In this document: positions 8,951 through 16,889 of the stretch, piece by piece
Layout: every line of letters begins with the position of its first letter
Position numbering within the stretch: the stretch's first letter is position 1
Origin: a virus
Taxonomy: Duplodnaviria > Caudoviricetes
IMG/VR virus record: IMGVR_UViG_3300016665_000375
Coordinates: 1 to 24,003 of that record
Length of the DNA: 24,003 bases
Strand: one strand, 5' to 3'
Program-made: the position numbers and the translations under genes
The notes under the pieces: model-generated
Told to the model about the DNA's origin: nothing
Database searches by the model: none
Seen by the model: only the letters and a program-made list of their open reading frames with translations

Positions 8951-10760
8951 CTATATCGTTGAGTCTACCCCAACTCTCACCAATAGCAACCGAAGTGCTC
9001 ATAGGTAGGCCGTTTTTTGGCCTATATACTCTCGCCATAATTTCTTGAATTGCGGGTACAAGATGCAGTTCATCTTCCGCCATTTCAAGCTCGATAGAAT
9101 CATGGATCGTAAGTATAATTTTAGACTTATAGGGCTTTAAGAACTCATGCACCTCAATCAAAGCTCTTCGCATGATCTCCGAACCGGAGGATTGGATGAT
9201 GTAATTAGGCCCCTTATAGGCGAAGTTGCCCTGCTTCTTCACTCCATCCTGCTCGAACTCAATAGCTGGGAAGTGCAAAATACGACCTGCGAAATTGAAT
9301 ATATACCCCCTACTATCAATCGTCGATTTAATGGCGGAGATAAAGTTGCTCACCTTTCCGAGCTTTGAGAAGTACAGATTCTTAAGTTCGGTGGCCTTCA
9401 TAACCGGAATGTTTAGCATTGTCGCAATCTTCGGCGCTGCTGCACCATACAACAGCGCAAAGTTCAGCACCTTCGCAGAATGCCTATCTACGCCCATCAT
9501 CTTGGCCGTAGCCGAATGGACATCTACTCCTGCGTTGATTTGGGAAATAAGATCACGTTCTCCGGCATAGTCTGCGGTGAGTCGGTACTCTTGGGCGGAG
9601 TAGTCGATGGAAACGTAAACGTAACCTTGTCTAGCCCTAAATGAATCTCGAACCCTCCAGTCCCCATCGTCCTCGCTGTTAAGAGTCTGAAGTGCAGGGT
9701 CGGTGATAGAGAATCGGAAGGTGTCTGCGGCAGCCTGTTTGATATTAGGTCGTACAGTGCCTTCTGCATCTCCGCAGTGGGTAAAATTATTGTAATAGGT
9801 GTTGAGCCGTTTGGTGGCATCTCGGTACTCACGGATCACTCCAGCGATAGGGTGGTCGATTTTTTCAAGAACTGCGTCTGTAAAGCTTGCATTGCCCTTT
9901 GCGGTAGTACCTCCCACAATCCCATTTGCCCCGAAGACCTGGGATAAGTGTTTATTGCTGTCAATAAGCTCTGTGCCAGTAAGTTCGGTGAACTGCGCTT
10001 TCGCGGCTTCGATCCGGCTCTCTTCCCGTTCCTTGGCTTTTTTGATGTAGTCATAGTTCAGCTCCATTCCCCTCTGTTCGATGTCAAACAACACTTTAGT
10101 CAGTTTTCTCTCGGTTGCAATCAGATCCGAGAACTTCCCAGGATACCCCTTAATCTTCCCGTACTGCTCGGTGAGTTCCTGTACTTTGGCAACCTGAGCC
10201 TTGTAAATCTCATAGGTAAGCTCTGCGTCTTTTAACGCATACTTCGATACGATCTCAAACGGGACTCGGTCGAATCGGGGGTTTTTAGTAGCGCTCTTCT
10301 TCCCCGGAATCTCTACCTTATCAAACAGCTTATGCTCTTTGATGTAGTCCATCAGATCCCCGTCCTTGCTCCCGAAGCCCATGCGCTCGGCCACTGAGTT
10401 CAGGCTGTAGGAGAGGTGGCGGTTATAAATGCACTTGTCTACCACTAGCACATCCCAAGGATCGAAGTCCGTCTCCCAGCCCTCTTTGCAGAGGAAGTGC
10501 ATGTCGAATTTGGCATTGGCAAATGCTATCTGCTTGCCCTTCACAGCCTCATAGATCAGAGGGATTACGGCGCGGTCTAGGGCAGATGCTTCAAGGCCAA
10601 AACTAAAATAAAACCCACCGCGCTCTCCATGCACCGAAATAGCAAATAGCCGATCACCGTGATAAGGTCTAAGACCACTTGTTTCTGTGTCAGCTGCGAG
10701 AGAATCACAAGCCCTAATGCTTTCAATAACACTGTCGAAATTCTCGTTAGTAACAATCAT
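8793..10760 (-). CDS. Family A DNA polymerase with 3'-5' exonuclease domain
   Basis: ExoI DTETSG, ExoII NAKFD, ExoIII YALKDA; motif A DYSAQEYR, motif B RHSAKVLNFALLYG, motif C IHDS. Confidence 0.95.
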   Translation of the reverse strand: MIVTNENFDSVIESIRACDSLAADTETSGLRPYHGDRLFAISVHGERGGFYFSFGLEASALDRAVIPLIYEAVKGKQIAFANAKFDMHFLCKEGWETDFDPWDVLVVDKCIYNRHLSYSLNSVAERMGFGSKDGDLMDYIKEHKLFDKVEIPGKKSATKNPRFDRVPFEIVSKYALKDAELTYEIYKAQVAKVQELTEQYGKIKGYPGKFSDLIATERKLTKVLFDIEQRGMELNYDYIKKAKEREESRIEAAKAQFTELTGTELIDSNKHLSQVFGANGIVGGTTAKGNASFTDAVLEKIDHPIAGVIREYRDATKRLNTYYNNFTHCGDAEGTVRPNIKQAAADTFRFSITDPALQTLNSEDDGDWRVRDSFRARQGYVYVSIDYSAQEYRLTADYAGERDLISQINAGVDVHSATAKMMGVDRHSAKVLNFALLYGAAAPKIATMLNIPVMKATELKNLYFSKLGKVSNFISAIKSTIDSRGYIFNFAGRILHFPAIEFEQDGVKKQGNFAYKGPNYIIQSSGSEIMRRALIEVHEFLKPYKSKIILTIHDSIELEMAEDELHLVPAIQEIMARVYRPKNGLPMSTSVAIGESWGRLNDIDEDELAKRIDFQKARSVEAKETAENGDLHHSADFDPRDPGSAALCEREVRRA

Positions 10761-11473
10761 GGCCCCTTATAGTCCTTCAGAATTATAGTCGGAAAGTCGA
10801 ACGTCAGTTTTTCGTAGTCGCACTGCTTAAGCAGCTTCACCCACCATTTATTATTCCCATCCCATAGGAATCGGTGGGCTTTAGCCTTCTCTCTGTTGTC
10901 ATAGCTAACATTAGCCCTGACCCAAATTTGAGGTGACTTGGCCCGTTCCATTATGACCTCAATCGGAAACCGAAAAAGTAAAAGTGCCATTAAATCAACA
11001 TCATGCCGAGCACTATGGGCCGAAGGATTAACTATCCCGAACTCTGCTCCGAGATAGGTGAGCTTTCTCGTCTCGATGTGCTCGGGCCAGGGTACGTCAA
11101 AGCGGGTATCTACAAGAAGCGGAAGCTCTGGGAGATCCATTCCGAGACGGGCTACCTCGTTCTTCAGTAGAGGCAGATCGTAATTATGAAAGTTATGAGC
11201 CGCGACAAAATCCACGTTAGCACTGTGCTCAAACAGATTAGCAATAGCCGTAGTAAGCGGCGCTCCGAATTTCTCAAGTTGTTCTTTAGAGATCCCCGTG
11301 ATCTGAGCTGCTACGGGGTCGATCTCATACTCCCCCTCTGGTAGTATGAGTGAGCTGTAGTGATAAAGCTCTTTTTTTTCTTCAATATCCCAAACTGAAA
11401 ATGCGACCTGAGTAATGCGGGCCGTTTGGACATCTTTATCGGTTGCTTCAAAGTCTAAAAATAAGCCTCGCAT
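10757..11473 (-). CDS. DEDDh (DnaQ-like) 3'-5' exonuclease with C-terminal DUF5710-like domain
   Basis: Start set to ATG 11473 after AGGGGG; LDFEAT, HN..NYD, HSARHD; C-terminal NVSYDNREKAKAHRFLWD...KWW. Confidence 0.9.
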   Translation of the reverse strand: MRGLFLDFEATDKDVQTARITQVAFSVWDIEEKKELYHYSSLILPEGEYEIDPVAAQITGISKEQLEKFGAPLTTAIANLFEHSANVDFVAAHNFHNYDLPLLKNEVARLGMDLPELPLLVDTRFDVPWPEHIETRKLTYLGAEFGIVNPSAHSARHDVDLMALLLFRFPIEVIMERAKSPQIWVRANVSYDNREKAKAHRFLWDGNNKWWVKLLKQCDYEKLTFDFPTIILKDYKGP

Positions 11474-11483
11474 ATTTCCCCCT

Positions 11484-11524
11484 AAAAATTCCCCCCGGCC
11501 CTTCCCCATCAGAAGACCGGGGGG
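11484..11524 (-). terminator. Intrinsic terminator-like / processing hairpin
   Basis: Minus strand CCCCCCGGTCTTC...GAAGGGCCGGGGGG followed by AATTTTT. Confidence 0.55.
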
Positions 11525-11537
11525 TTCTAACGCTATG

Positions 11538-12272
11538 TTAGAATGGCGCTTCCTCTTCGATGATCTCTTCACCTGTCTGGATCTGAGCACCTTGAGAAAG
11601 CATTGTCTGGAGGTTTTTTGCCTCCATCGCAGCACTGCTCATAACGTCAGTTGGTATTTTGACGCTACGATCAGCGTTCGCTGTGAACACGAACCATTTC
11701 CCTTTGTCGTTCTCTACTTGCTTCACACCGATGTCATAAGCACAAGCGTACGGGGGAACGCCACGCTGCACTGAATTCATCAGTTGAGTAAGCATAGGAC
11801 GACCAGCAGAGTTGATGTTTCGTGATCCACGGAAACTGAGCATATACTTCGACTTGGTTTCGTCGCCTACGACAAGGACGAAAAAGTTAAAACATGGGTA
11901 GTTGAAATACTTCACTCCATCTTTCACTTCTTCATACTGGCGTTCGCCATCATAGGCTTCGATGCCATGAAACTCTTTCTTGCCGTTCACTTCCTTCTGT
12001 ACCTGATAGCTCTTCTGGAAGTAGAACGGAACTACTTTAGCCGCACCCTTTTTACCGCCAAGAACCTTGTTCTCCATGTTCTCTACGATGTCGCCTTGAT
12101 TGGCAATACCGTCAGCGCACACTTTGCTCATGGCCTGAGCAATGTAGATCAGGGGGATCTTGATGTCCTTGGATGTCACAGTGTCGAGACCAAACGACAT
12201 ACCATTTGGGATCTCACACGCTACCCGCAGTTCTTCGTCTTGTTTATTCACCAATTCGTTTTTCTTCGTCAT
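11538..12272 (-). CDS. Putative ssDNA-binding protein
   Basis: Start set to ATG 12272 (AAGGA RBS); 244 aa; G.D.VT..DI.IP.I.IAQ.MS N-terminal motif and acidic C-tail ending EEEAPF; between helicase and polymerase genes. Confidence 0.65.
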   Translation of the reverse strand: MTKKNELVNKQDEELRVACEIPNGMSFGLDTVTSKDIKIPLIYIAQAMSKVCADGIANQGDIVENMENKVLGGKKGAAKVVPFYFQKSYQVQKEVNGKKEFHGIEAYDGERQYEEVKDGVKYFNYPCFNFFVLVVGDETKSKYMLSFRGSRNINSAGRPMLTQLMNSVQRGVPPYACAYDIGVKQVENDKGKWFVFTANADRSVKIPTDVMSSAAMEAKNLQTMLSQGAQIQTGEEIIEEEAPF

Positions 12273-12276
12273 GTTC

Positions 12277-12744
12277 TTATTTTCCTTTTCGCATTGAGAC
12301 AGTGACTCTTGCTTCCGGGGCATCAATCCCTGGGAGCACTTTAGTCGGATCAGCTCCGTCTCCAAGCTCATCCAACTTACTTTTAAAAAATCCATTCAAT
12401 GTCTGATGATTCATTGTAAGCATCGAATCAAGACCGTTGTCAATCAAGTACTGCCGAAACTTTGCAGCGTTCTCTCCATCCTTCGGAAAGCTCACCTGAT
12501 ACTTAGTAACAAGGCTAATTTTCCCAGCACCTGGAGTCTCATGATTCAAACGCCCGGTGGCTTCCAGAATGTTCTGGATCTTTATCTGCATGGCTTCATA
12601 CTCACCATGTTTCTCCGATGCCTGATCCTTCAGTGCTTCATACTCCGAACGGAGTTCAAAGCACTTCTTAACCATCGCATCTATTTCTGCAAGTGTTGTC
12701 TGATCTAGTGGCTTCTCGTCGAAGCCGAAATTTAATTCGTCCAT
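12277..12744 (-). CDS. Hypothetical replication-module protein
   Basis: 155 aa, N-terminal coiled coil; RBS TAAGGAGG. Confidence 0.75.
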   Translation of the reverse strand: MDELNFGFDEKPLDQTTLAEIDAMVKKCFELRSEYEALKDQASEKHGEYEAMQIKIQNILEATGRLNHETPGAGKISLVTKYQVSFPKDGENAAKFRQYLIDNGLDSMLTMNHQTLNGFFKSKLDELGDGADPTKVLPGIDAPEARVTVSMRKGK

Positions 12745-12773
12745 TTAGTCCTCCTTACTTTTTGATTATCATA

Positions 12774-14195
12774 TCAGAGCATCGTTGCAAGCTGTAAAAT
12801 ATCCGTTGATAAATCTTTCTTAGACTGAAGCGCTTTAAGCACTGCGACATCAAGCGTCCCTTCGCTGACCAAATCAATCCTAGTAATGCTTGTATGCCGC
12901 TCAGATCCACCACGATACGCGCGCGCCTCCGACTGAAGATCATGTTCAAGCGAATACCCACGGCTGAAGTAAATCATGTAATTTGCCGCTGTCAAATTGA
13001 CACCCGTTCCACCCGCAGCCTGGGACGCTACCATAACGCGCACTCCATCATCCGACTGAAACGCATTGATTTGATCCTGCTTGTCCTTGATCTGTCCAGT
13101 AAGCTCTGCATACCGAACACCAAGCTTATTGCACACATTCCTAACCACTTCATGATCCTCATGGAATATCGACCAGACAATCACCTTGTTCTTTGGCGTA
13201 ATGTCCTCTAACAGCTCTTCCAATGCGTCGGCTCGGGGGTTTATATTGAAACGATACACAGATCCATCATCAAGCTTCATGAAGCCAGAGAGGATCTGTT
13301 GCATCCTGAGCGCTTTTGTAATCGCAAGCTGTGCTACTGCCACACCGTTCTTGCACACTGCCAAGAAGTCGCTCTTCATCTCGTTATATGCCCGCTTCTG
13401 CTCGGGACTCATATCGACCGGGATCATGGTCCTGACCAGTGGCGGAAGATCCAAGCACTCGTCTTTTGAGGCATGAATGGAAATCTGAGAGATAATACTC
13501 TTTAAAGATTCTTTTGCGGATAGCTTTGTCACCCACTTAGGGAAGTGGGCGTGTTTGGGCATGAACTTGTTCTTGTCCTCGAAATACCTGGCCCTGAACT
13601 CGAAGAAGTTCTTCCCAAGCCGCTTGCCTCCATCCAAGATCCGATACTGCGCAAATAGATCCATCTCGTTATTCAGCACCGGAGTCCCTGTCAGGATCAT
13701 CCGATACTTCACGGGCAGATTGCCCATCTGGTCGCTGATCTTAATCAAAGCTTTAGTCCGAAGAGCCGTAGGTCCTTTGACTCGGTGGCTTTCATCAAGG
13801 ATCAGAAACTCGGGGGGATTCGATAGAAACGCACTGGCAAACTTTTGATTTGCAAGTGCTTCAAAGTTAGTGATGAATATGCTGTCTTTCGGAAGCACAT
13901 TCACCATCTTAAGCCGATCTGTCACGGCTCCTTGCAATACAAACACTTTATCGAGCGGAATCTTCGTGTACTTCTGGATCTCGTCCCTCCAGTTATACAC
14001 AACCGCCGAAGGACCTATAATAAGAGTACGTAGGATGCGGCGATTCTCGTTCATCCTGGCCCGGAGGATTTCAAGTGCAGTCCGAGTCTTCCCCGTGCCC
14101 ATTTCAAACAGCAACGCACAATCGGGGTTCTTCTTGCCTAGTTCAATACCACGAAGTTGATGATCCCAAAGTGGAGGAAGTTCTTTTTCTACCAT
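12774..14195 (-). CDS. SNF2-family (SF2) helicase
   Basis: EMGTGKT, DESH, LTGTP, GGTGVNL, QSEARAYR motifs. Confidence 0.95.
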   Translation of the reverse strand: MVEKELPPLWDHQLRGIELGKKNPDCALLFEMGTGKTRTALEILRARMNENRRILRTLIIGPSAVVYNWRDEIQKYTKIPLDKVFVLQGAVTDRLKMVNVLPKDSIFITNFEALANQKFASAFLSNPPEFLILDESHRVKGPTALRTKALIKISDQMGNLPVKYRMILTGTPVLNNEMDLFAQYRILDGGKRLGKNFFEFRARYFEDKNKFMPKHAHFPKWVTKLSAKESLKSIISQISIHASKDECLDLPPLVRTMIPVDMSPEQKRAYNEMKSDFLAVCKNGVAVAQLAITKALRMQQILSGFMKLDDGSVYRFNINPRADALEELLEDITPKNKVIVWSIFHEDHEVVRNVCNKLGVRYAELTGQIKDKQDQINAFQSDDGVRVMVASQAAGGTGVNLTAANYMIYFSRGYSLEHDLQSEARAYRGGSERHTSITRIDLVSEGTLDVAVLKALQSKKDLSTDILQLATML

Positions 14196-14638
14196 TTCGC
14201 GAACTCCTTATGCATTTTTTTAGCGGCTTTTACATAGGCTTCATGAGCTTCTTTTGCTGTTTTAAAAGTGCCTAAATAAATATGCTTTTTATACGCAGCA
14301 ATTTGAGCAATCCATTTTCCTGGAGTTGGACTTTTAGTCACACCTTTATAGCCACTAGTATTATTAGATTGTTTAGGCCTATTAAACTTATTGGTAAAAT
14401 GGTTACACTTACGCAAGTTCTTTTTTCTATTGTCTAGCCCGTTTCCATTTTTATGATCAATATATTTTTCATTTAAAATAAAACAATGCATATAAACGCA
14501 AGTGACTTTGTTTTTGTGCTGGGATTTACGATAAGCATACCCAAGTGGATTGTATGTCCACTTCCATTGAGTAAGATATTCAAAATCTTCATCATCCACT
14601 AAAGCAAATTTACCCTGAGTTAATGGTATTTTTTTCAT
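14189..14638 (-). CDS. HNH endonuclease with C-terminal AP2 domain
   Basis: ALVDDED, IDHKNGNGLDNRKKNLR, SGYKGV, W.AQI, YLGTF...EA..AY; visibly more AT-rich than neighbours. Confidence 0.92.
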   Translation of the reverse strand: MKKIPLTQGKFALVDDEDFEYLTQWKWTYNPLGYAYRKSQHKNKVTCVYMHCFILNEKYIDHKNGNGLDNRKKNLRKCNHFTNKFNRPKQSNNTSGYKGVTKSPTPGKWIAQIAAYKKHIYLGTFKTAKEAHEAYVKAAKKMHKEFAKW

Positions 14639-14647
14639 TAGTCCTCC

Positions 14648-14737
14648 TCATCCAAAAAGTACAACAAGTAGATAAAACGGCAAAAACATCCCCGTCAACA
14701 CTAGCAATAGTTCGACAACAATAATCAGCTTTTTCAT
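14648..14737 (-). CDS. 29-aa hydrophobic peptide
   Basis: MKKLIIVVELLLVLTGMFLPFYLLVVLFG, preceded by GGGGGGACTA; not in ORF track. Confidence 0.6.
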   Translation of the reverse strand: MKKLIIVVELLLVLTGMFLPFYLLVVLFG

Positions 14738-14755
14738 TAGTCCCCCCTGTCAGAT

Positions 14756-14878
14756 TTAGCGTTTCATTACATACTTTAAAGCATCAAATACAACTGCACC
14801 AAAGAGAGCGCCAAAAGCAAAGGCACTCCCCAATACCATCATGTAGCCTACTTCAAACAACAGATCCGAAAATGTCAT
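14756..14878 (-). CDS. 40-aa single-TM peptide
   Basis: MTFSDLLFEVGYMMVLGSAFAFGALFGAVVFDALKYVMKR, RBS GAGAGG; not in ORF track. Confidence 0.65.
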   Translation of the reverse strand: MTFSDLLFEVGYMMVLGSAFAFGALFGAVVFDALKYVMKR

Positions 14879-14893
14879 ATAGTCCTCTCAATA

Positions 14894-14967
14894 CCACTCC
14901 CCCAGGAATCGAACCTGGCTCTCGCACGATCTCTATTCGTGCCACTCTGCCACTGAGTTAGGGAGCT
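14894..14967 (-). tRNA. Atypical tRNA-like element (nominal anticodon AGA)
   Basis: AGCTCCC-TA-ACTC-AGTGGCA-GAGT-G-GCACGA-ATAGAGA-TCGTGC-GAGAG-CCAGG-TTCGATT-CCTGG-GGGAGTG-G; canonical D and T arms, 6-bp anticodon stem, 1:72 mismatch, no encoded CCA. Confidence 0.75.
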
Positions 14968-14977
14968 TCCCGTATTA

Positions 14978-15157
14978 TCACTTGCCTAGTTTCTTCTTGG
15001 CAATCGCTTTCAACTGATTCAGAGTTTTTGGTTTCTTACGTTCAGGAATGTTCTTCGGTGTTTCCGCATTCCACTCATCGAACGTCTTTTGGGTGATCTC
15101 ACCCTTCTTCACCATAGCTCCGAACTTCCTACGCTGGGCCATACTGCGAAACGGCAT
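14978..15157 (-). CDS. 59-aa basic phage protein (MPF.S.AQRR type)
   Basis: MPFRSMAQRRKFGAMVKKGEITQKTFDEWNAETPKNIPERKKPK...; AGGAGG RBS; not in ORF track. Confidence 0.8.
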   Translation of the reverse strand: MPFRSMAQRRKFGAMVKKGEITQKTFDEWNAETPKNIPERKKPKTLNQLKAIAKKKLGK

Positions 15158-15168
15158 AATACATCCTC

Positions 15169-15627
15169 CTATTCGTCCATCTTACACAGGCGGCAAGCCC
15201 TTGCATAGACGTACTCGCCCACCATGTACGGCACAGACTTGTTAGGCACTGTCTCGTCCACTTCGTCGAATCCGACAATGTGCATCATCTGGCGGGCAAA
15301 ATAACCGCAAAGTTCTGGCATCGTCGCAACGTCAAAGTAATCTTCATAGGTACTGATGACATTCGCCACCACTGATCCGGTGGATTTCTTATCCAGCCAC
15401 TTCTTAAACCAGCCCCGCTTGATGAGCGTCCAGGTGAACCGATACTGCTGACGGTTGAACATCTGGGACACCACCTCTACGTTCAGAAGGTTCGGGGGGT
15501 TTACCATATCCCCAAACCGCTTAGAAACGAACCATGCCTCGAATTCGAATGAATTGAGGATATGCTCGGTAAGCTCGACTGCTCGAAGCTGCTTTGGGTT
15601 CAACTTTGCATTCGTCAGAAATTTCAT
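15169..15627 (-). CDS. Degenerate zinc-metallopeptidase-like protein
   Basis: 152 aa; NS.EF, ARQMMHIVGF at the expected HExxH position, downstream SVPYMVG. Confidence 0.5.
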   Translation of the reverse strand: MKFLTNAKLNPKQLRAVELTEHILNSFEFEAWFVSKRFGDMVNPPNLLNVEVVSQMFNRQQYRFTWTLIKRGWFKKWLDKKSTGSVVANVISTYEDYFDVATMPELCGYFARQMMHIVGFDEVDETVPNKSVPYMVGEYVYARACRLCKMDE

Positions 15628-15818
15628 CTCAGCCGCCCTTCGTACTTCTTAGGATTTGAAAAGTACTTCTCCACTGCGCTCACGGCTTCGCCCTGGGTCT
15701 TAAAACATCCAAGATAAATGCGCTTGTAGCTCACGTTGATGCGGGCAATATAGCGGTACACTTTTCCCTCGCGTTTGATGGCGAATACATATCTTGGTTT
15801 TCTCTTGTTCACGTTCAT
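15624..15818 (-). CDS. Stand-alone AP2-like DNA-binding protein
   Basis: 64 aa, YIARI.V..KRIYLGCFKT..EA..A; AGGAG RBS. Confidence 0.75.
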   Translation of the reverse strand: MNVNKRKPRYVFAIKREGKVYRYIARINVSYKRIYLGCFKTQGEAVSAVEKYFSNPKKYEGRLR

Positions 15819-16006
15819 AGTTCGTCTCCTAGTACTTCAGTAATTAGTTCTGGCCCATATCCCATTTCGATCAGTTTCTGCCTGATCTGTGCGTACGCCG
15901 GGGCCTTAGCGTAACAGCACTTTCCGCTGATCTTCAACTGCTCTTTGAGCAAGTGTCGAAGCTCGTCGTTCTCTTCTCGAAGTCTATCTATCTCTTGTAT
16001 CGACAT
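15815..16006 (-). CDS. Hypothetical protein
   Basis: 63 aa, AAGGAGG RBS, ATGA coupling. Confidence 0.75.
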   Translation of the reverse strand: MSIQEIDRLREENDELRHLLKEQLKISGKCCYAKAPAYAQIRQKLIEMGYGPELITEVLGDEL

Positions 16007-16024
16007 TAGTCCTCCTTTAGTTAG

Positions 16025-16073
16025 CCCCCCTAACCGTCAGCCAATGATTAGGGGGGTTGGTGAGATATTCACC
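16025..16073 (-). other. Intergenic tandem hairpins
   Basis: Minus strand GGTGA-ATATC-TCACC, then CCCCCCTAATC...GGTTAGGGGGG, just 5' of an RBS. Confidence 0.55.
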
Positions 16074-16090
16074 GTTAGGGATAAAGCGCC

Positions 16091-16249
16091 CTAATCTTCG
16101 TAGTCTTCGTAATCGTCATAATCCCCGTCATTCTGCTCATCCCAGAAGCTCTGCACATTTGAGCTTTTGCACTTGGGACAAGCCAGCATATAGCCATTAT
16201 TGAACGCAGTGTGCCCGCAGTCATAGCAGAAGTGTTCCATGCAAGCCAT
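16091..16249 (-). CDS. 52-aa zinc-ribbon protein with acidic tail
   Basis: MACMEHFCYDCGHTAFNNGYMLACPKCKSSNVQSFWDEQNDGDYDDYEDYED; TGATG coupled; not in ORF track. Confidence 0.8.
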   Translation of the reverse strand: MACMEHFCYDCGHTAFNNGYMLACPKCKSSNVQSFWDEQNDGDYDDYEDYED

Positions 16250-16497
16250 CACTCCCCACCTTTCAACGCTTCACGGGCAATTTCTACGGCTTTCTCCGAG
16301 TCGTGCCTAACACCATAGCTTGTTACCCAAGGTTGACACGCTTTTAACATATCTGCCGTGAACTCCAACGCCTCCCGATAACGGGCGTTTTCGGCTCGGA
16401 GGGTTTCGATCTCCTTCTGCAATTCAGTAGTCCGTTCGCTCAGAGATTTTTCCCAAGCTTTCTTATAGTAGTCTGCGTACTCCATAAAATCGCTCAT
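16249..16497 (-). CDS. Hypothetical coiled-coil protein
   Basis: 82 aa, LRAENARYREAL...AREAL phage-type pattern. Confidence 0.75.
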   Translation of the reverse strand: MSDFMEYADYYKKAWEKSLSERTTELQKEIETLRAENARYREALEFTADMLKACQPWVTSYGVRHDSEKAVEIAREALKGGE

Positions 16498-16562
16498 TTC
16501 TTCCCACCCCCGCAGGTACAGATGAAAACGAGGCAGCCAAAGTCATGTGTTGTTTCTGTCAT
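16494..16562 (-). CDS. 22-aa Cys/His minigene
   Basis: MTETTHDFGCLVFICTCGGGKK; AAGGAGG RBS; stop overlaps next start (ATGA). Confidence 0.55.
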   Translation of the reverse strand: MTETTHDFGCLVFICTCGGGKK

Positions 16563-16583
16563 AAGTCCTCCTTTACGGAGAAG

Positions 16584-16889
16584 TTATGCGTCGTATTTGG
16601 TAAAGTCAAAATCTTTTTTTGACTTTGGTTTCTTTTTCTTCTTTTTCTCTTCTTCAGGCCACTGCATATCGACCACAAGCTGAATGCCCTCGTCGTCAAC
16701 TACATAGACAAACTCGTCAGTCAGTGCCTCGTCCTCGACGAACTCCACCGTCCGCTTAATCGGAATGTCCCCAAAAGACCTGAGCTCTGATACGAACTTC
16801 TTCCGACTCTTTAAGAGAAGCTTAATACACCTCGGACTACTGACAATGTACGTCGTGTCCTTGTCGTCATACGGCCATTCCTGAATCAT
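16584..16889 (-). CDS. Hypothetical protein with poly-Lys tail
   Basis: 101 aa, ATGA coupled. Confidence 0.7.
   Translation of the reverse strand: MIQEWPYDDKDTTYIVSSPRCIKLLLKSRKKFVSELRSFGDIPIKRTVEFVEDEALTDEFVYVVDDEGIQLVVDMQWPEEEKKKKKKPKSKKDFDFTKYDA

Noticed and set aside
11474-11635. N-terminal extension of the exonuclease ORF (similar extensions at 3323, 12395, 17212, 22121)
   Set aside because: They overlap upstream genes or a hairpin; downstream ATGs have better SD or coupling.
14894-14967. Normal tRNA-Ser or amber suppressor call
   Set aside because: No long variable arm, and no CUA anticodon in the loop on the tRNA strand.
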